From Octopus sinensis (Eukaryota), in assembly GCF_006345805.1 (NCBI RefSeq), contig NC_043000.1:35464001-35528000 (forward strand): a DNA stretch of 64,000 bases, written 5' to 3'. The position numbers and the translations under genes are program-made. Of the stretch, positions 14,270-26,908 are shown one piece after another. Each line of letters opens with the position of its first letter. Position 1 is the first letter of the stretch. The notes under the pieces were generated by a model. It had not been told where the DNA came from. It saw nothing but the letters and a program-made list of their open reading frames with translations, and did not search any database.

Positions 14270-14690
14270 AATGGGGAATTACTTGAACTTCTGCAATTTG
14301 GAAAAGTGAAACACCCAGAATCTCTTCCTCCAGGAAACCTACTCATGGCATCCATCAATCTCAGAGATTTAGGAGTAATTGTTGACGAAAACCCCAGCTG
14401 GAGCACTCACATCAACCATAAGATCGATACAACTCCTAAGACAAACTCTTGGATCCTCAACACATTCCAATTTAGAGAGAAAGATATCATCACCCGCCTC
14501 TCCTCCTTTGGTGTACAACCACACTTTGTAGAGTACTGTTTTCTGCTATTGTCTCAAACAAAACATTATGGGAATTGAGATACCCCAAAGAGCAATCACA
14601 ACAATAAGTAAATGGCTTGACTGACCATCATTATTGAGACAACCTTAAAACATTGGAACTCGTATTCTCTCTAATGCTGTTGTGAGTGTG
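14270..14690 (+). pseudogene. CR1/L2-group LINE ORF2 3' fragment, degenerate
   Basis: LRDLGVIVDENPSWSTHIN...WILNTF...VEYC resembles the post-RT region (DLGV..D..L.W..HI...LEYC) of CR1/L2-type elements. Confidence 0.7.
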
Positions 14691-14816
14691 CCAACGAATC
14701 TAGTCAACACACAAGACAGCTATTATGCTCTCCACCCCCCACAAAGAACCACCACGTGGACTCTGTTGAGACTAGTGAGAAACAATTATGAACTTTTTTA
14801 TTACACTTTTAAAAAT

Positions 14817-14864
14817 ATTTTTGATAAGGTTCGTTTTCTCAACAAGAACCGAAACATGTAAAAT
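14817..14864 (+). ncRNA. Degenerate small hammerhead ribozyme motif
   Basis: AUUU-[UUGAUAA, damaged CUGAUGA+A]-GGUUC/GAACC-GAAAC-AU-GUA-AAAU. Stems I and II are intact but the core is mutated. Confidence 0.55.
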
Positions 14865-14928
14865 TGCTAAGGAAATTAAAATTTATCTTATATAGTGGCG
14901 TTTTCAAACTTCTTTTATATATATATAT

Positions 14929-15212
14929 CCAGTTGAATCAGATCAGCGGAACAGCCAGCTCGTGAAATTAACATACAAGTGGTTAAGCACTCCACTGACA
15001 TGTGTACCTTTAACGTAGTTCTCGGGGTGATTTAGCGTGACACAGTGTGTCACAAGGCTGGCCCCTTTGAAATACAGGTACAAAAGAAACAAAGAGTGAT
15101 AGAAGGTTGTGGTGAAAGAGTACAGCAGGTGTCGCCACCACCCCTGCCGGAGACTCGTCGAGTTTTAGATCCTACGACTGCGAGGCCACTGCCCTGACCG
15201 CTGGGCCTCCAC
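14929..15212 (-). mobile_element. SINE family C, internally deleted
   Basis: Homologous to 28990-29371 and 63640-63799; tRNA-like head at the right end. Confidence 0.75.
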
Positions 15213-15250
15213 ACAAACATATATATATAAGTGGTTTTGTCTCTAATTTA

Positions 15251-15254
<4 letters not shown>

Positions 15255-15293
<39 letters not shown>

Positions 15294-15675
15294 TATATAC
15301 ATACATATATATATACATACATATATATATATACATACATATATATATATATACATACATATATATATACATACATATATATATACATACATATATACAT
15401 ACATATATATATATATACATACATATATATATATATACATACATATTATATATATATACATATATTATATACATACATTATATATATATATATACATATT
15501 ATATATGTATATATTGAGAGGGAGAAAGGTGGTAAGGAAATGACAAACAGGTGAACAGGTGAGAGAAAAATAGAATTGAATGAGGAAGTAAAGGTATGTA
15601 GAAAATACATAATGCATTGATAGTTTATATGTATGTATATATAAATATTTGTATATATATATATATGCACATATG

Positions 15676-15707
<32 letters not shown>

Positions 15708-15755
15708 TGTATTGATATGTATATGTATATATATATGTATATATATGTGTATATG

Positions 15756-15787
<32 letters not shown>

Positions 15788-15829
15788 TTGATATGTATAT
15801 GTATATATATATGTATATGTATATATATG

Positions 15830-15910
<81 letters not shown>
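15255..15910. repeat. (TA)n/(TACA)n low-complexity array
   Basis: Directly visible; representative of many similar arrays (e.g. 33950-34250, 37300-37590, 42790-43190, 54840-55060). Confidence 0.95.
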
Positions 15911-15912
<2 letters not shown>

Positions 15913-16090
15913 AGGGCTTAGTAAAATAAATTACTTTGCCACATACTGAACTCATTAGAAATAGCAGCTAAAGAAATTTCTTCAGCTATTTCTAATACTT
16001 AAAGAAGATCTCTCTCAGATAGTGTTTGCCTAAACTAACTCAAAAAAGTATGGGGGAAAAAACATTAAAAAATCAAGTGCAAAGGTTATT

Positions 16091-16142
16091 TGAGAACGTA
16101 CGTTTCTAGATTAGTCAATTCGACATTTCTTTCTTCAGCTCA
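16091..16142 (-). ncRNA. Minimal type I hammerhead ribozyme motif (GUAC loop, GUU site)
   Basis: Minus strand reads UGAG-CUGAAGA-A AGA...GUC/GAC...UCU A-GAAAC-GUAC-GUU-CUCA. Stem I is 4 bp, the helix-III loop is palindromic and stem II is imperfect. Confidence 0.7.
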
Positions 16143-16212
16143 GAATTCCTTGAATCGGATTAATACTTGGTGAAATTGATTAATAATTAATTAATTTTAC
16201 CCTCAATTGTTG

Positions 16213-16247
<35 letters not shown>

Positions 16248-16695
16248 ATATTTACTCACACACACATGTTGTCTGTGCGCGCGCGCGTGTATGTTTTCAT
16301 CTTTATAAATTATAGTGTGAATCCGTATGTGTGTACTAATATGATGTCATTTCCGATACATAAGAATATAAAGGAAAAGAAAAAAAACAAAAACAAAAAC
16401 AAAAGAAACAAATATACTTACCTGAGAAAACTCTAATGGCTTTTTCTGCAGCATCTTAGCTGAACATAACTAATGTGTTTTTTGTATGAAGAGAACAGTT
16501 AAGAAGTAGGATTTCCTGGCAGAACGAAGAGCATCTTCATCTTCACTCTGTCAACCATCCAAGAGAAATATGCAAAGTGAAGACAAACGAAGAAAACTTT
16601 GTAAGGAACAAAAATTGGGAGAAATATGATGGAATTCATAATATTGTCTCTTGAGGCGTATATGTGTATGCGAGTGTATGTATGCATGCATATAC

Positions 16696-16899
16696 TCTTT
16701 TACTCTTATCTGGTTCAGTCATTTGACTGCGGCCATGCTGGAGCACCGCCTTTAGGGGAACATATTGACCCCAGGACTTAGAACGTAGTCCTTATTCAAT
16801 CGTTCTCTTTTGTCGAACCGCTATGTTACGGGGACGTAAACACACCAGCATTGGTTGTGAAGCGATGGTGGGGGATAAACACAGACACACATACACACA

Positions 16900-16938
<39 letters not shown>

Positions 16939-17099
16939 GACGGGCTTCTTTCAGTTTCCGTCTACTAAATCCACCCACAAGACTTTGGTCGGCCTGAGAC
17001 TATAGCAGAAGGCACAAGCCCAAGGTGCTACGCAGTGGGACTGAACCCGGAACAATGTAGTTGGTAAGCAAGCTTCTTACTACACAGCCAATCCTGCGC
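16696..17099 (-). mobile_element. SINE family A, full length
   Basis: Reverse complement of the family A consensus from head to tail. Confidence 0.85.
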
Positions 17100-18108
17100 G
17101 TGTGTGTGTGCGTGTGTCTGTCTGTCTGTCTGTATGTATGAATATAGGTGTGTGTGTGTGTATACAGTATGATTTATGTATATATTTATGTGTGTATGTA
17201 TGTGTGTTCCTTAGAGTTGGCATAGAGAAATAAACTTCCTAGATCTATTATCAATCTTCCTAAACGTTCTCAGTCAAATCTTCAAGACGAAGTGGTGCTA
17301 GCGCGTGTTGCAGCTTCTCTATTAGGGTCAGGACCAATGTCATTAACAAGAACTTTAATTTTGAACTGTAGGGTCATATGTCATTTGTCAGATATTTATG
17401 ACATTTTTTATGACTGAAGTATATTGGCGATGGCTTCATTTTAATACTAAACTGTGTAACCGCTATTGCTTCACCATTGATCATACGTTTTCTACTATAT
17501 TCTCTACAGTGTAGATATGTTGCTCACAAATACTTTCCTATTTAGTTTTATGTAAGAAGTGCTGAGTATCATAATTAGTCCTTGTATATTAATGGTAATT
17601 AGGCGGAAGAATATATTGTTTGTACGACCAACATCATACGAGAGTGTGCTGGAATGTTCCTGGTTTTGTGTAAAAGAAAATACAGGAGGATCAGTTAATT
17701 ATGAGTTTATTTAACATATTCCCCATCTCAGATTCACACACTTATTGCAGCGGTCCTTCAGTTTTTCTAAGCCCTGTAAAAATAACTCGGAAGGTTGGGC
17801 CTCCAGCCAGGCTTTTCGTGACGTCCTTAAAGACAGGACATTTTCAGCACCCACCCCGCTCGTATTTAAAGTCGCATCATTTACAAAATGAAATTTACAA
17901 ATCCTATTCACCATTAGCAACTTGTTTGTGGTCGACATTTTTGGGATTATTTTAAATTTAAGTGATTTTGTAGTGTTTTAGGATTAGTGTTAATTAACGG
18001 GAAACACTAATCAACATTTAATAACAATATTTATCTATGTATGCATAGTATGTATGTATGTATGTATGTATGTATGTATGTATGTATGTATGTATGTATG
18101 TATGTATG

Positions 18109-18191
<83 letters not shown>

Positions 18192-18290
18192 TGCAGGGTA
18201 TTGCAGGGAAAATTAAATACTGAAAAAAAACCCCATAAAATAACGCATTTGGCCAAATTTTGACATACGACAGTTTAACATAATAGGAAT

Positions 18291-18326
<36 letters not shown>

Positions 18327-18874
18327 CTTTATGTGCTCTCGCGTGTGTCTGTGCGCGTGTTTTTGTATATGTTTATAGCGGATTTGTTATTGGCTGAACT
18401 GGGCTTGTGGTTATACAAGGGATTAGACAAGAGTTTCCGTTTCTACATGCGATTGCTTGTATGAGTGCGTATAAAATGTATGCGAGGGAGAAGTTATGGC
18501 CAGTTTTTTTCCGTGTGTGTTGTGTGTGTGTGTGTGTGTGTGGTGTGTGTGTGTGTGCTTGCTTTCCACTTTGCGCTCCAGCTATAAAGCAAGCCTATTG
18601 CCTGTCATGCAACTGATGTGATGTTTAGCGATTAAGAACGAGGTGCACGTGAGGGGTTATCGATAATGTTGGGAGGAGGAGGTGAAGGAAGAGAAAGAGA
18701 GAGAAGAAGAGGAGGAGGAAGAGGAAGGAGAAGAGGAAGATAAGACACCGTAGCAATATAGTAGAAGAAGAGGAAGAAGAAGCGAAGAAGAAGAAGAAGA
18801 AGAAGAAGAAGAAGAAGAAGAAGAAGAAGAAGAAGAAGAAGAAGAAGAAGAAGAAGAAGGATGATGATGATGAT

Positions 18875-19088
18875 AATCCTTTCTATTGAAGGCACAAGGT
18901 CTGAAATATTCGAGGGGAGGGGACTAGTCGATTACATCGACCCCCAGTACTGGTACTTAATTTATCGACCCCGAAAGGATGAAAGGCAAAGTGGGCCCTA
19001 GCAGCCTTTGAACTTGGAACGTAAGGAAAGACGAAATGCCGCTAAGACTTTTGCTTGGCATACCAACGATTTTGCCAGCACGCCACCT
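18875..19088 (-). mobile_element. SINE family B (tail type 2)
   Basis: Head rc of gccagcacgccacc, core, and tail rc of aggcacaaggtctgaaa. Confidence 0.8.
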
Positions 19089-19930
19089 CAATAATAATAA
19101 TAATAATAGTACAACACTAAGTACAAAACCAAATATATGGCACCCTAGGCATAACACCAACACGAACTTCCAACTTGTTGTCTCTTGAGGTCTCTGGGCG
19201 AGACTTGGAGCCAGCTTGTGCAAATGTAAAGCATAAGTCAAACGTAGAATAATAATAATAATAATAATAATAATGAAGAAGAAGAAAAAGCTGTTGATGC
19301 TGATGATGACCATCGTGATGATGTTGATGTTGCTAATGATTTTAATTATGATATGAGCATAAAATTAGATGAATAGTTTCATACCGTAGTTCTTCCTGCC
19401 CATCGCCATTGCGATCTTCAACCGAAGTGAAACTCGATTAATGGTGGGGGTGGGGGGGTGAGAAATCAGTTTAAAGAAATAATAGTCATTGAATACTCGC
19501 ACCCTGTTTTGTTAACAAACTAAAATATTTGAATACATACATACATGCAAACATTCATACGTATGAGCATATATGAATGCATACATGCATGTTTACTTAT
19601 AAGCTTGCATGCATACATATATAGATACATGCACGCGGACATAGATATAAGCTTGCATGCCAACACACATAAATACACACTTGGTGGTTGTCTACTCCTT
19701 ATGCAGTGTTTGACCACATCCTGTACCTAAACCTTAGCACCATCACGGCATCTGATGTGGCTTTTTAAACCAGACAATGTTCTGAAAAGACACCCACATA
19801 GATTGCATATCCGATTTGGACCATCAAGAGCTGCATTAAGTTCTGATCTTTGGGGATCTTAAAATGTTTGTAAATATGCATATATCCGTTTTTTTTCTAT
19901 TCTTATATGTATGTATATGTATATTTTTAC

Positions 19931-20030
<100 letters not shown>

Positions 20031-20351
20031 TTATATTTAAACCTTTATTCATATTTTTAAATTGCATATCTTTTACTTTTTTATACTTATATATATTATT
20101 TATATTTAATTTTTATTTATATTTGCAAACACGAGTGGTGTATGAAAAGTTTTGAGCCTTCAGGGCCTTTGAGCCTTGAAGTCTTGTACCTTCATCAGCA
20201 GTCTTGAGTGTTTTTTTCGTACCAGCAGCACTAGTGAGGACTCGTCATAACGCACAAAGTAAAAAAAAAAGACTCTACCACAGAAGAGTAGACCAGGTGA
20301 GAGAGAAAGAGAGAGTGTGTGATGGCTTTACTTGAGGTACTGGTAGGAGTT

Positions 20352-20445
<94 letters not shown>

Positions 20446-20464
20446 GAATGGATGGATATATATG

Positions 20465-21044
20465 TTTCTTTATTAGCCACACCGGGCTGAACACAGAGGG
20501 GACAAATTACAAAGTAGAGCTTTTCTTTTTGGGGAGAAAAAATTTTTTTAATAAAAAAATAAATAAATAAATAAAAGCGGGGGGTAGGTTTTCGATCAAA
20601 AGGGGTCGTAAAAAAACGATCAATAGGGATCGTGTATCACAGAAATGTCATGATGCAAAGTGTAAAGGGGGAAGCAGATAAGGTTTATCCGAGGAAAGAA
20701 AAGCCTACGGTAATCTCGGTCAATGACGTCACATGTTAACACATTTATTTGCAAGTAAGTAACTCTCTGTTTTAAATTTTTCCGGGTTCATAGGATTATG
20801 CTCAAGGTGGCTTCGTCATTCATAGGTGCCCTCTTTGCTACGTTCACCCATCTTTTTTTGAAACATTCACTAGACAAAACTTGCCTCTCTACTCTCACTT
20901 TCCTTTTCAAGTGATACTTGAAGAAGTTGATGAGAGATTGACCAGAGAGGAAAATGTTTGTCTCCAATCCTTTCAGACGCGTCCACCAGATACATTCTTT
21001 CGCCATAGCCACAAAAATTATGAAAATAGCTCTTCCTTCCCGTT
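20465..21044 (-). mobile_element. 3' end of a Tx1/L1-like non-LTR retrotransposon (ORF2 C-terminus, stop at 20788-20790, and 3'UTR)
   Basis: REGRAIFIIFVAMAKECIWWTRLKGL...HLKRKVRVER...F.KRWVNVA resembles the C-terminal AK.AI..TR...RV..E...F...W pattern of Tx1-type ORF2. Clade assignment is from recall, not from a search. Confidence 0.6.
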
Positions 21045-22698
21045 GGAAGGAGAGCTATTTTCATCATGATTTTCATATGATGGGAGGAACGGATTGATGT
21101 TGTTAGGGTGTAATGTTGAAGAGAGTAACACAAGTAGAAGAGGCAGGAGAAAAGGTAGCGGAGCAGATTCTCAAAGCATCATGTTCAAGAAGCTGACCAG
21201 AGGAGAGCGCAACGACAAAAGATTTCGGGAGAGTGAGTGAAGGTTGTAAGAGAGCAATCGCTCGCTCGTCCGAGCTCAAGCATTATGATTCAAAAGGAAG
21301 AAAAAGAAAGTATAGTGGTGTATGGTTGGATTCAGACTGCATACGCCAGGTGGCGTGATATGGTGGCTAGGAGAGATGATGAGATGACGTGAGGTTATAA
21401 GACAGGTGTACGATTGGAAATAAGTTGGGGGAAATGATCTTATGAAGCACTGCATATCGCCAGTCGATACGGCCCTTAGTCATCGCCTTCCTTAATTGTA
21501 ATATTGCTTTTATCGTTTTTCGTCACCTCGTCTCAAATCTTCTTCTTCCACAGGAGCCATTCACTCAGCAGCACTTAGGCAGCTTTCATCCTCCATTTGC
21601 AACTGCACACCAACACAGTCTTCTCTCTTGCAAACCACATTTGCTTCCTTTCATAACCGATGTATCTCTCAGTTCATTTATGTTACGTTGTCAATCCATT
21701 GCTCAAAAACTCTTGAGCAATGCAAGTAAGGAGTTTAAAGAGATGTATAAAGTGATATCAGTGCTTGGAAACAATGAGAAAAAATATGGTTATTACCTTA
21801 TATAGATTGTTTTATGATCCTGAATTTCGGGAAAATAACCCCTTTTCAAATGAAGAAATGTGTTGTCATCGATAAATCACACTAATGTTATCTGCTTCAT
21901 CGATCTATTAGAGTTTGTGTCTGCAAATGGTCTATTATAATTGGGTTACACAATTTATTAAAATCTTTTGTTGAAAATTCACAAGGTAAAAATGTTTTAT
22001 ATTCAAACTTGACGAATGTAAACCCCTTCACTGTTAACATTTTGAAATATTTCTTTAGTGTCTTAAGACCCAAAGTCGAATGTCTTTTGTTTTCAGTTGC
22101 ATCGCATGTCTGATATTTCAATGTACGGAATCATATGTTATCACAATAATCACTGGATGAAAAACAAAATACTAATATAGCTCTACTATAAAATATTTAT
22201 AAATAAACATTGACTCTTTTGACGCCTGTGTCAAGAAAAGAAGTCGTTGGAAAGTAAGGATCTCTCTGAATAAAAAAAATAAATAAAGATATAATTCAGT
22301 CGAGAATTTATTCTGAAGTGTTGGAATATTCCTGCAAAGATGAGAACTCGATAAAACACGATTGTTTATAATTTGTAACAAGTAAAACATTGGTGACATT
22401 CCGCCATAATGCCTGTATGAAGCTCACATTGACATGAGCAACCGCACTCATATATATTCCTCCCCCCTCTCTCTCTTTCTCTCTCTCTTACCACCATTTT
22501 CTTTTCTTACACTTTCTCTCTTTTTTACACACATATACATACAGCCACAAACACAAACACTTGGTAGTTGAATACCAACATAGGAACCTTAACATGACGT
22601 ACACCAATGAAATAAAATGAGTCGAAATGTGTAAGCAGCAAAGACACCCCGTGATCATTTATACAAAACTGAAGCGATTAGATGTGAAGCTGAAATTA

Positions 22699-22740
<42 letters not shown>

Positions 22741-22900
22741 TGTGTGTGTGTGTGTATGTGTGTGTGTGTGTGTGTATGTGTGTATGTGTGTGTATGTGTG
22801 TGTGTGTGCGTGTAAGATTGAAGTTTGATTTAAACAACGACACTTGAAATATGTTTCTTCCTCCAGAAATAAGAAATAAAACAAAACTTAACCAAATATA

Positions 22901-23780
22901 CGAGTCCGATCAATAAGTATCCGGACTGTTGGCATAGTAACAAAACTAAAGTATGCAGAGAGAAGTTGCTTGATACAGATGGACTTTGAACTCTGCTGTG
23001 CCTGTGTACTAAGTTTTAACGTTCTAGCTTGCTTCCGCTGTTTACAGCAGTTCTTGGAAGAAAGGTGTGTAGCGTGTGATCGTTGCATTGACCATGACAG
23101 AGAAAGTTGTCATGGCGATACCTGCTCAGAGGCCAACGCAATGTTGCAGAAAGTGTATGGAGAGGAGTGTATGAGCCACATACAAGTGTACGAGGGGTTC
23201 AGAAATTTCCAAGATGGTCGAAAAAATGTCGATAGTGACGAACTTTCTGGGAGGCCTGCAACCAGCAGACCTGAGAAAAACTTTGCAAATGTGCGTGAAG
23301 CTGTGGGAGGAAATCGTCGAACCACAATCCGTGAGTTATCAAAGGATGTGCAGATTAGTTGCGGTTCAGTTCAGTCCATTATCAACAAAAGGTTTGGGTA
23401 TGAGATGCGTGTCTGCAAAATTTGTGCCGAAACTTTAAACTAATAAAAAAAACCCCCAAAAAGACACTCTTTGATTGTATCGAGAACGATGAAAACATTT
23501 TGAAAATTTTGTGCAGGCCTCTAAGCATGTATCGCTTAGTTTTTGGCAAAATATGAAGCAGATTCTCCGCTCAACTTTTTCTGTCATGGTCAATGTGACG
23601 ATCACATCCTACACGCTTTCCTTCCAAGCACTGCTGTAAACAACGAAGTGAGCTAGAAGGTTAAAACTTAGCGGAAATGCACAGCAGAGATGAAGGTCAA
23701 TCTGTATCAAGCGGCTTCACTCTGCACGCTTTAGCTTCGTTATTATGGTGACAGTCCGGATACTTATTGATCAGAGCACG
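22901..23780 (+). mobile_element. Non-autonomous mariner-family DNA transposon with ~30-bp TIRs, TA TSD and long inverted arms
   Basis: TA|CGAGTCCGATCAATAAGTATCCGGACTGT ... ACAGTCCGGATACTTATTGATCAGAGCACG|TA. Confidence 0.92.
23094..23443 (+). pseudogene. Mariner transposase N-terminal (HTH) fragment, frameshifted and truncated
   Basis: MLQKVYGEECMS..QVYE.F..FQDGRKNVDSDELSGRPATS...RRTTIREL and, in another frame, GMRCVSAKFVPKL (mariner WVP-equivalent linker). Confidence 0.88.
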
Positions 23781-25189
23781 TATGAAGAATTTGAAGGAAA
23801 ATGCGACTGATTTCTGCATAGTGCATGCAGCTCATACAGAAATGTTGCTAAAGTTACAGCTTATGAATAACTGACAAGAGCCTAACATTCTGCAACCTGT
23901 TTAAATATCAGATAATAAAATATCGACAAGCACCTTCTGAAACATTGAAGGATTATACCAATATTTGATTGAAAGGATCGATAGCTCATTATTTAGCGAA
24001 ACGATCATAGGTCCTTCCCTCATTAGCTTTGTCTATAAATCATATATATGTTAATTTTCCATTTTCATTTCCACGCAGCAGCATGGAACAATGTCAAACT
24101 ATTTACCAATAACAATCATTCTCTCAATTTCCTTCCCCATTTTCAACCCACCAAACGCAGTGATGGCATAAGAGCACTTTATATCATTACGTATTTTATT
24201 TACGTATTTCATTTCTCGTACTTTATTTTCACATCTTTAACAGAAATTTGCTTACTAAAATTCTATCTATAAATCAACCCCTCCATTTCCCCCTTTAATT
24301 TAGTTATTTTTTGTTTTCACTATCCAGCAGAATAACACATCTTTAACTATAAAGAGATCCTCATTTAATCTAAAAGCCAACACTTCACACACTAAAATTA
24401 TACAGGCCACTTATGATTTAGGAAAGGGTAGAGTTTATTGTCTTAAGGTAAGACGTGATGTATTATTAATAACGGACTATATGCATGCGCTTTCTATGCA
24501 CGAGCACACACGGTATAACCATGAGTGTTCGATATATATATTGCACTATGTATCTATTACTCTGATTTTGCTCATGCAAACACCTGTAACTCATATATAT
24601 ATATATACGCATAGGACCTAGCTCCCCTCTGACTCCTATATGCCTTAACAGCTGGACCATCTTTTTTTATGTGACCCCTATCTAGAAGACCTGTGAGTAG
24701 TGGTGATTGAGGTCTAAATCCCACTCCTCAGAAATTCTTGACCACGCGTGTTGATGCTTCCCTATCTGATACAGTTTAATGTCTTACCCGAGAATATGGA
24801 TAAAAGTTAGAAAGAATTTACATTTTTATAAAAATATGTAACTGGTTTCACTTACTTTAAAAGACGATGTAGTCATGCTGATACAACAGGAGACCTAAAA
24901 TGAAATGGAATAAATTCAATTAAATCCTTCATTATATCAGTTCTGGAAGATCAGATGTTCTTCCTATAAAAAATCACACGGTGCTGGTCCTTCGTTTCCT
25001 GTCAACGAAGAAAGAAAGAAAGAAAGAAAAAAGAACTTTGATAGTATCTTTATTCAAATAGCCCTCACTATTTAGGAACTGAAGTCATTAAATTTTGGTT
25101 AGATTATTATGCAGATGAACTTCCTCATTGCATAAAGAAATTAGAAGCACTAAAATGAAGTTAATTTCTGTAGAGCACTGACCAGTATC

Positions 25190-25455
25190 GTTATTTTTTT
25201 CTACTCTAGGCACAAGGCCTGAAATTTTCGGGGTGATTAACTAAAGGAAGCGATAAACTGGTGGAATCGTTAGCACGTAGAGCTAGCTTAGCGACATTTC
25301 TTCCGGCTCGACGCCCTCAGTTCAAACTCCGCCGACATCGACTTTTTATAATTTCGGGCTCATTGGAAGAAGCATCAGTCGAGTATTGTGGTCAGTGAAA
25401 ACTACAACCCCTATCAACCAAAATTTCAGGGCTTGTGTCTATAGTAGAAAGGATC
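25190..25455. mobile_element. Composite of SINE family B fragments in opposite orientations
   Basis: Type-2 tail rc (ttttctactctaggcacaaggcctgaaa) followed by a degenerate plus-strand copy ending gggcttgtgtctatagtagaaagga. Confidence 0.65.
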
Positions 25456-25518
25456 ATTCTTCTTCTTCTTCTTCTTCTTCTTCTTCTTCTTCTTCTCTTC
25501 TCTCGTCTTCTTCTTCTT

Positions 25519-25549
<31 letters not shown>

Positions 25550-25758
25550 TTATTATTATTATTATTATTATTATTAGCTGAAAAACTTCGCTATAGAGAA
25601 GCTCATCTAATTACTTAACTGTGCTAAGTTAATTGCTAGAAATTAAGCAGTTAATATTGAATCGGATTTGTTAGTGTCCTTTTACACAATATTGTAGCAA
25701 TATTTTTGTGTGTGTTTTGTTAAGGTTGTCCTATATCTTGTTTATTTGTTGGTTATTA

Positions 25759-25858
25759 NNNNNNNNNNNNNNNNNNNNNNNNNNNNNNNNNNNNNNNNNN
25801 NNNNNNNNNNNNNNNNNNNNNNNNNNNNNNNNNNNNNNNNNNNNNNNNNNNNNNNNNN
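25759..25858. other. Assembly gap (100 N)
   Basis: Exactly 100 Ns, typical of a scaffolding join of unknown true size. Confidence 0.98.
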
Positions 25859-25967
25859 TATATATATATATATATTCTATATATTATATATATATATATA
25901 TCTATATATATATATATATAAAGAGAGAGATAGAGAGAGAGACAAAGCAGAGGAATGCAGCGACATG

Positions 25968-26018
<51 letters not shown>

Positions 26019-26603
26019 GCAGGCAGAAATATACACACACACATGTATACACGCATATACAGATGTGCACGTATACGCATATAGCCATGTACACGCATAC
26101 ACACAAATATGTATGCACACACACACACGCACACAGTCACATACACACACGTTTACATACTTGCATAGCACCATATATATATACAGTCGGGTAGGGTGTG
26201 TGAATGCCTGAATGTGTGTGTGTGTGTTGTGTGTGTGTGTGTTTTGTGTGCAAACACAAATATGTACGTTGCTTCTATACATGCCTCTTATGTATATAAA
26301 CATTCAGATTACAATAATGAGAATACAGAATGAAATTCAAATGTTTACGGTGTGTGTGTGTGTGTGTATGTCTGTGTGTGCGTCTATATGTAGACGCACA
26401 CACACACATACATACATACACACACACCCACACACAGACAAGTGCGCACGGCATCCATATATCTGGTGGTGTGGGACGTTTTGTATTTGTTTTGCAGTCT
26501 TGATGTGAGAATGTGTTTTGACCCGCCAAAGATACACCTAATGTGGTGCATGTGTATTACACACACACACACCACACACACACACACACATATATATACA
26601 TAT

Positions 26604-26658
<55 letters not shown>

Positions 26659-26870
26659 ATATATACACATACAAAACATGTATTTATATAGATATATACA
26701 CACACGAGCGCACACGCTTATATATATGTATGTGCGTATATATATGTACGAAAGTGTGTATGTATATACATAGACATACATATATATACATATATATATG
26801 TGTGTGTTTGTGTATATATATATATTATATATGAATGCATGTATATAAATTGTGTATATATAAAGGTGTG

Positions 26871-26908
<38 letters not shown>

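Noticed and set aside
20150-20205. CUGAUGAAGG on the minus strand
   Set aside because: No GAAA, helix III or stem I partner.
21557-21730. Strong acceptor tcttcttcttccacag|GAGCC with an open phase-1 frame
   Set aside because: The translation has no SLC6 similarity, ends in a stop, and lies in decayed repeat-like sequence.
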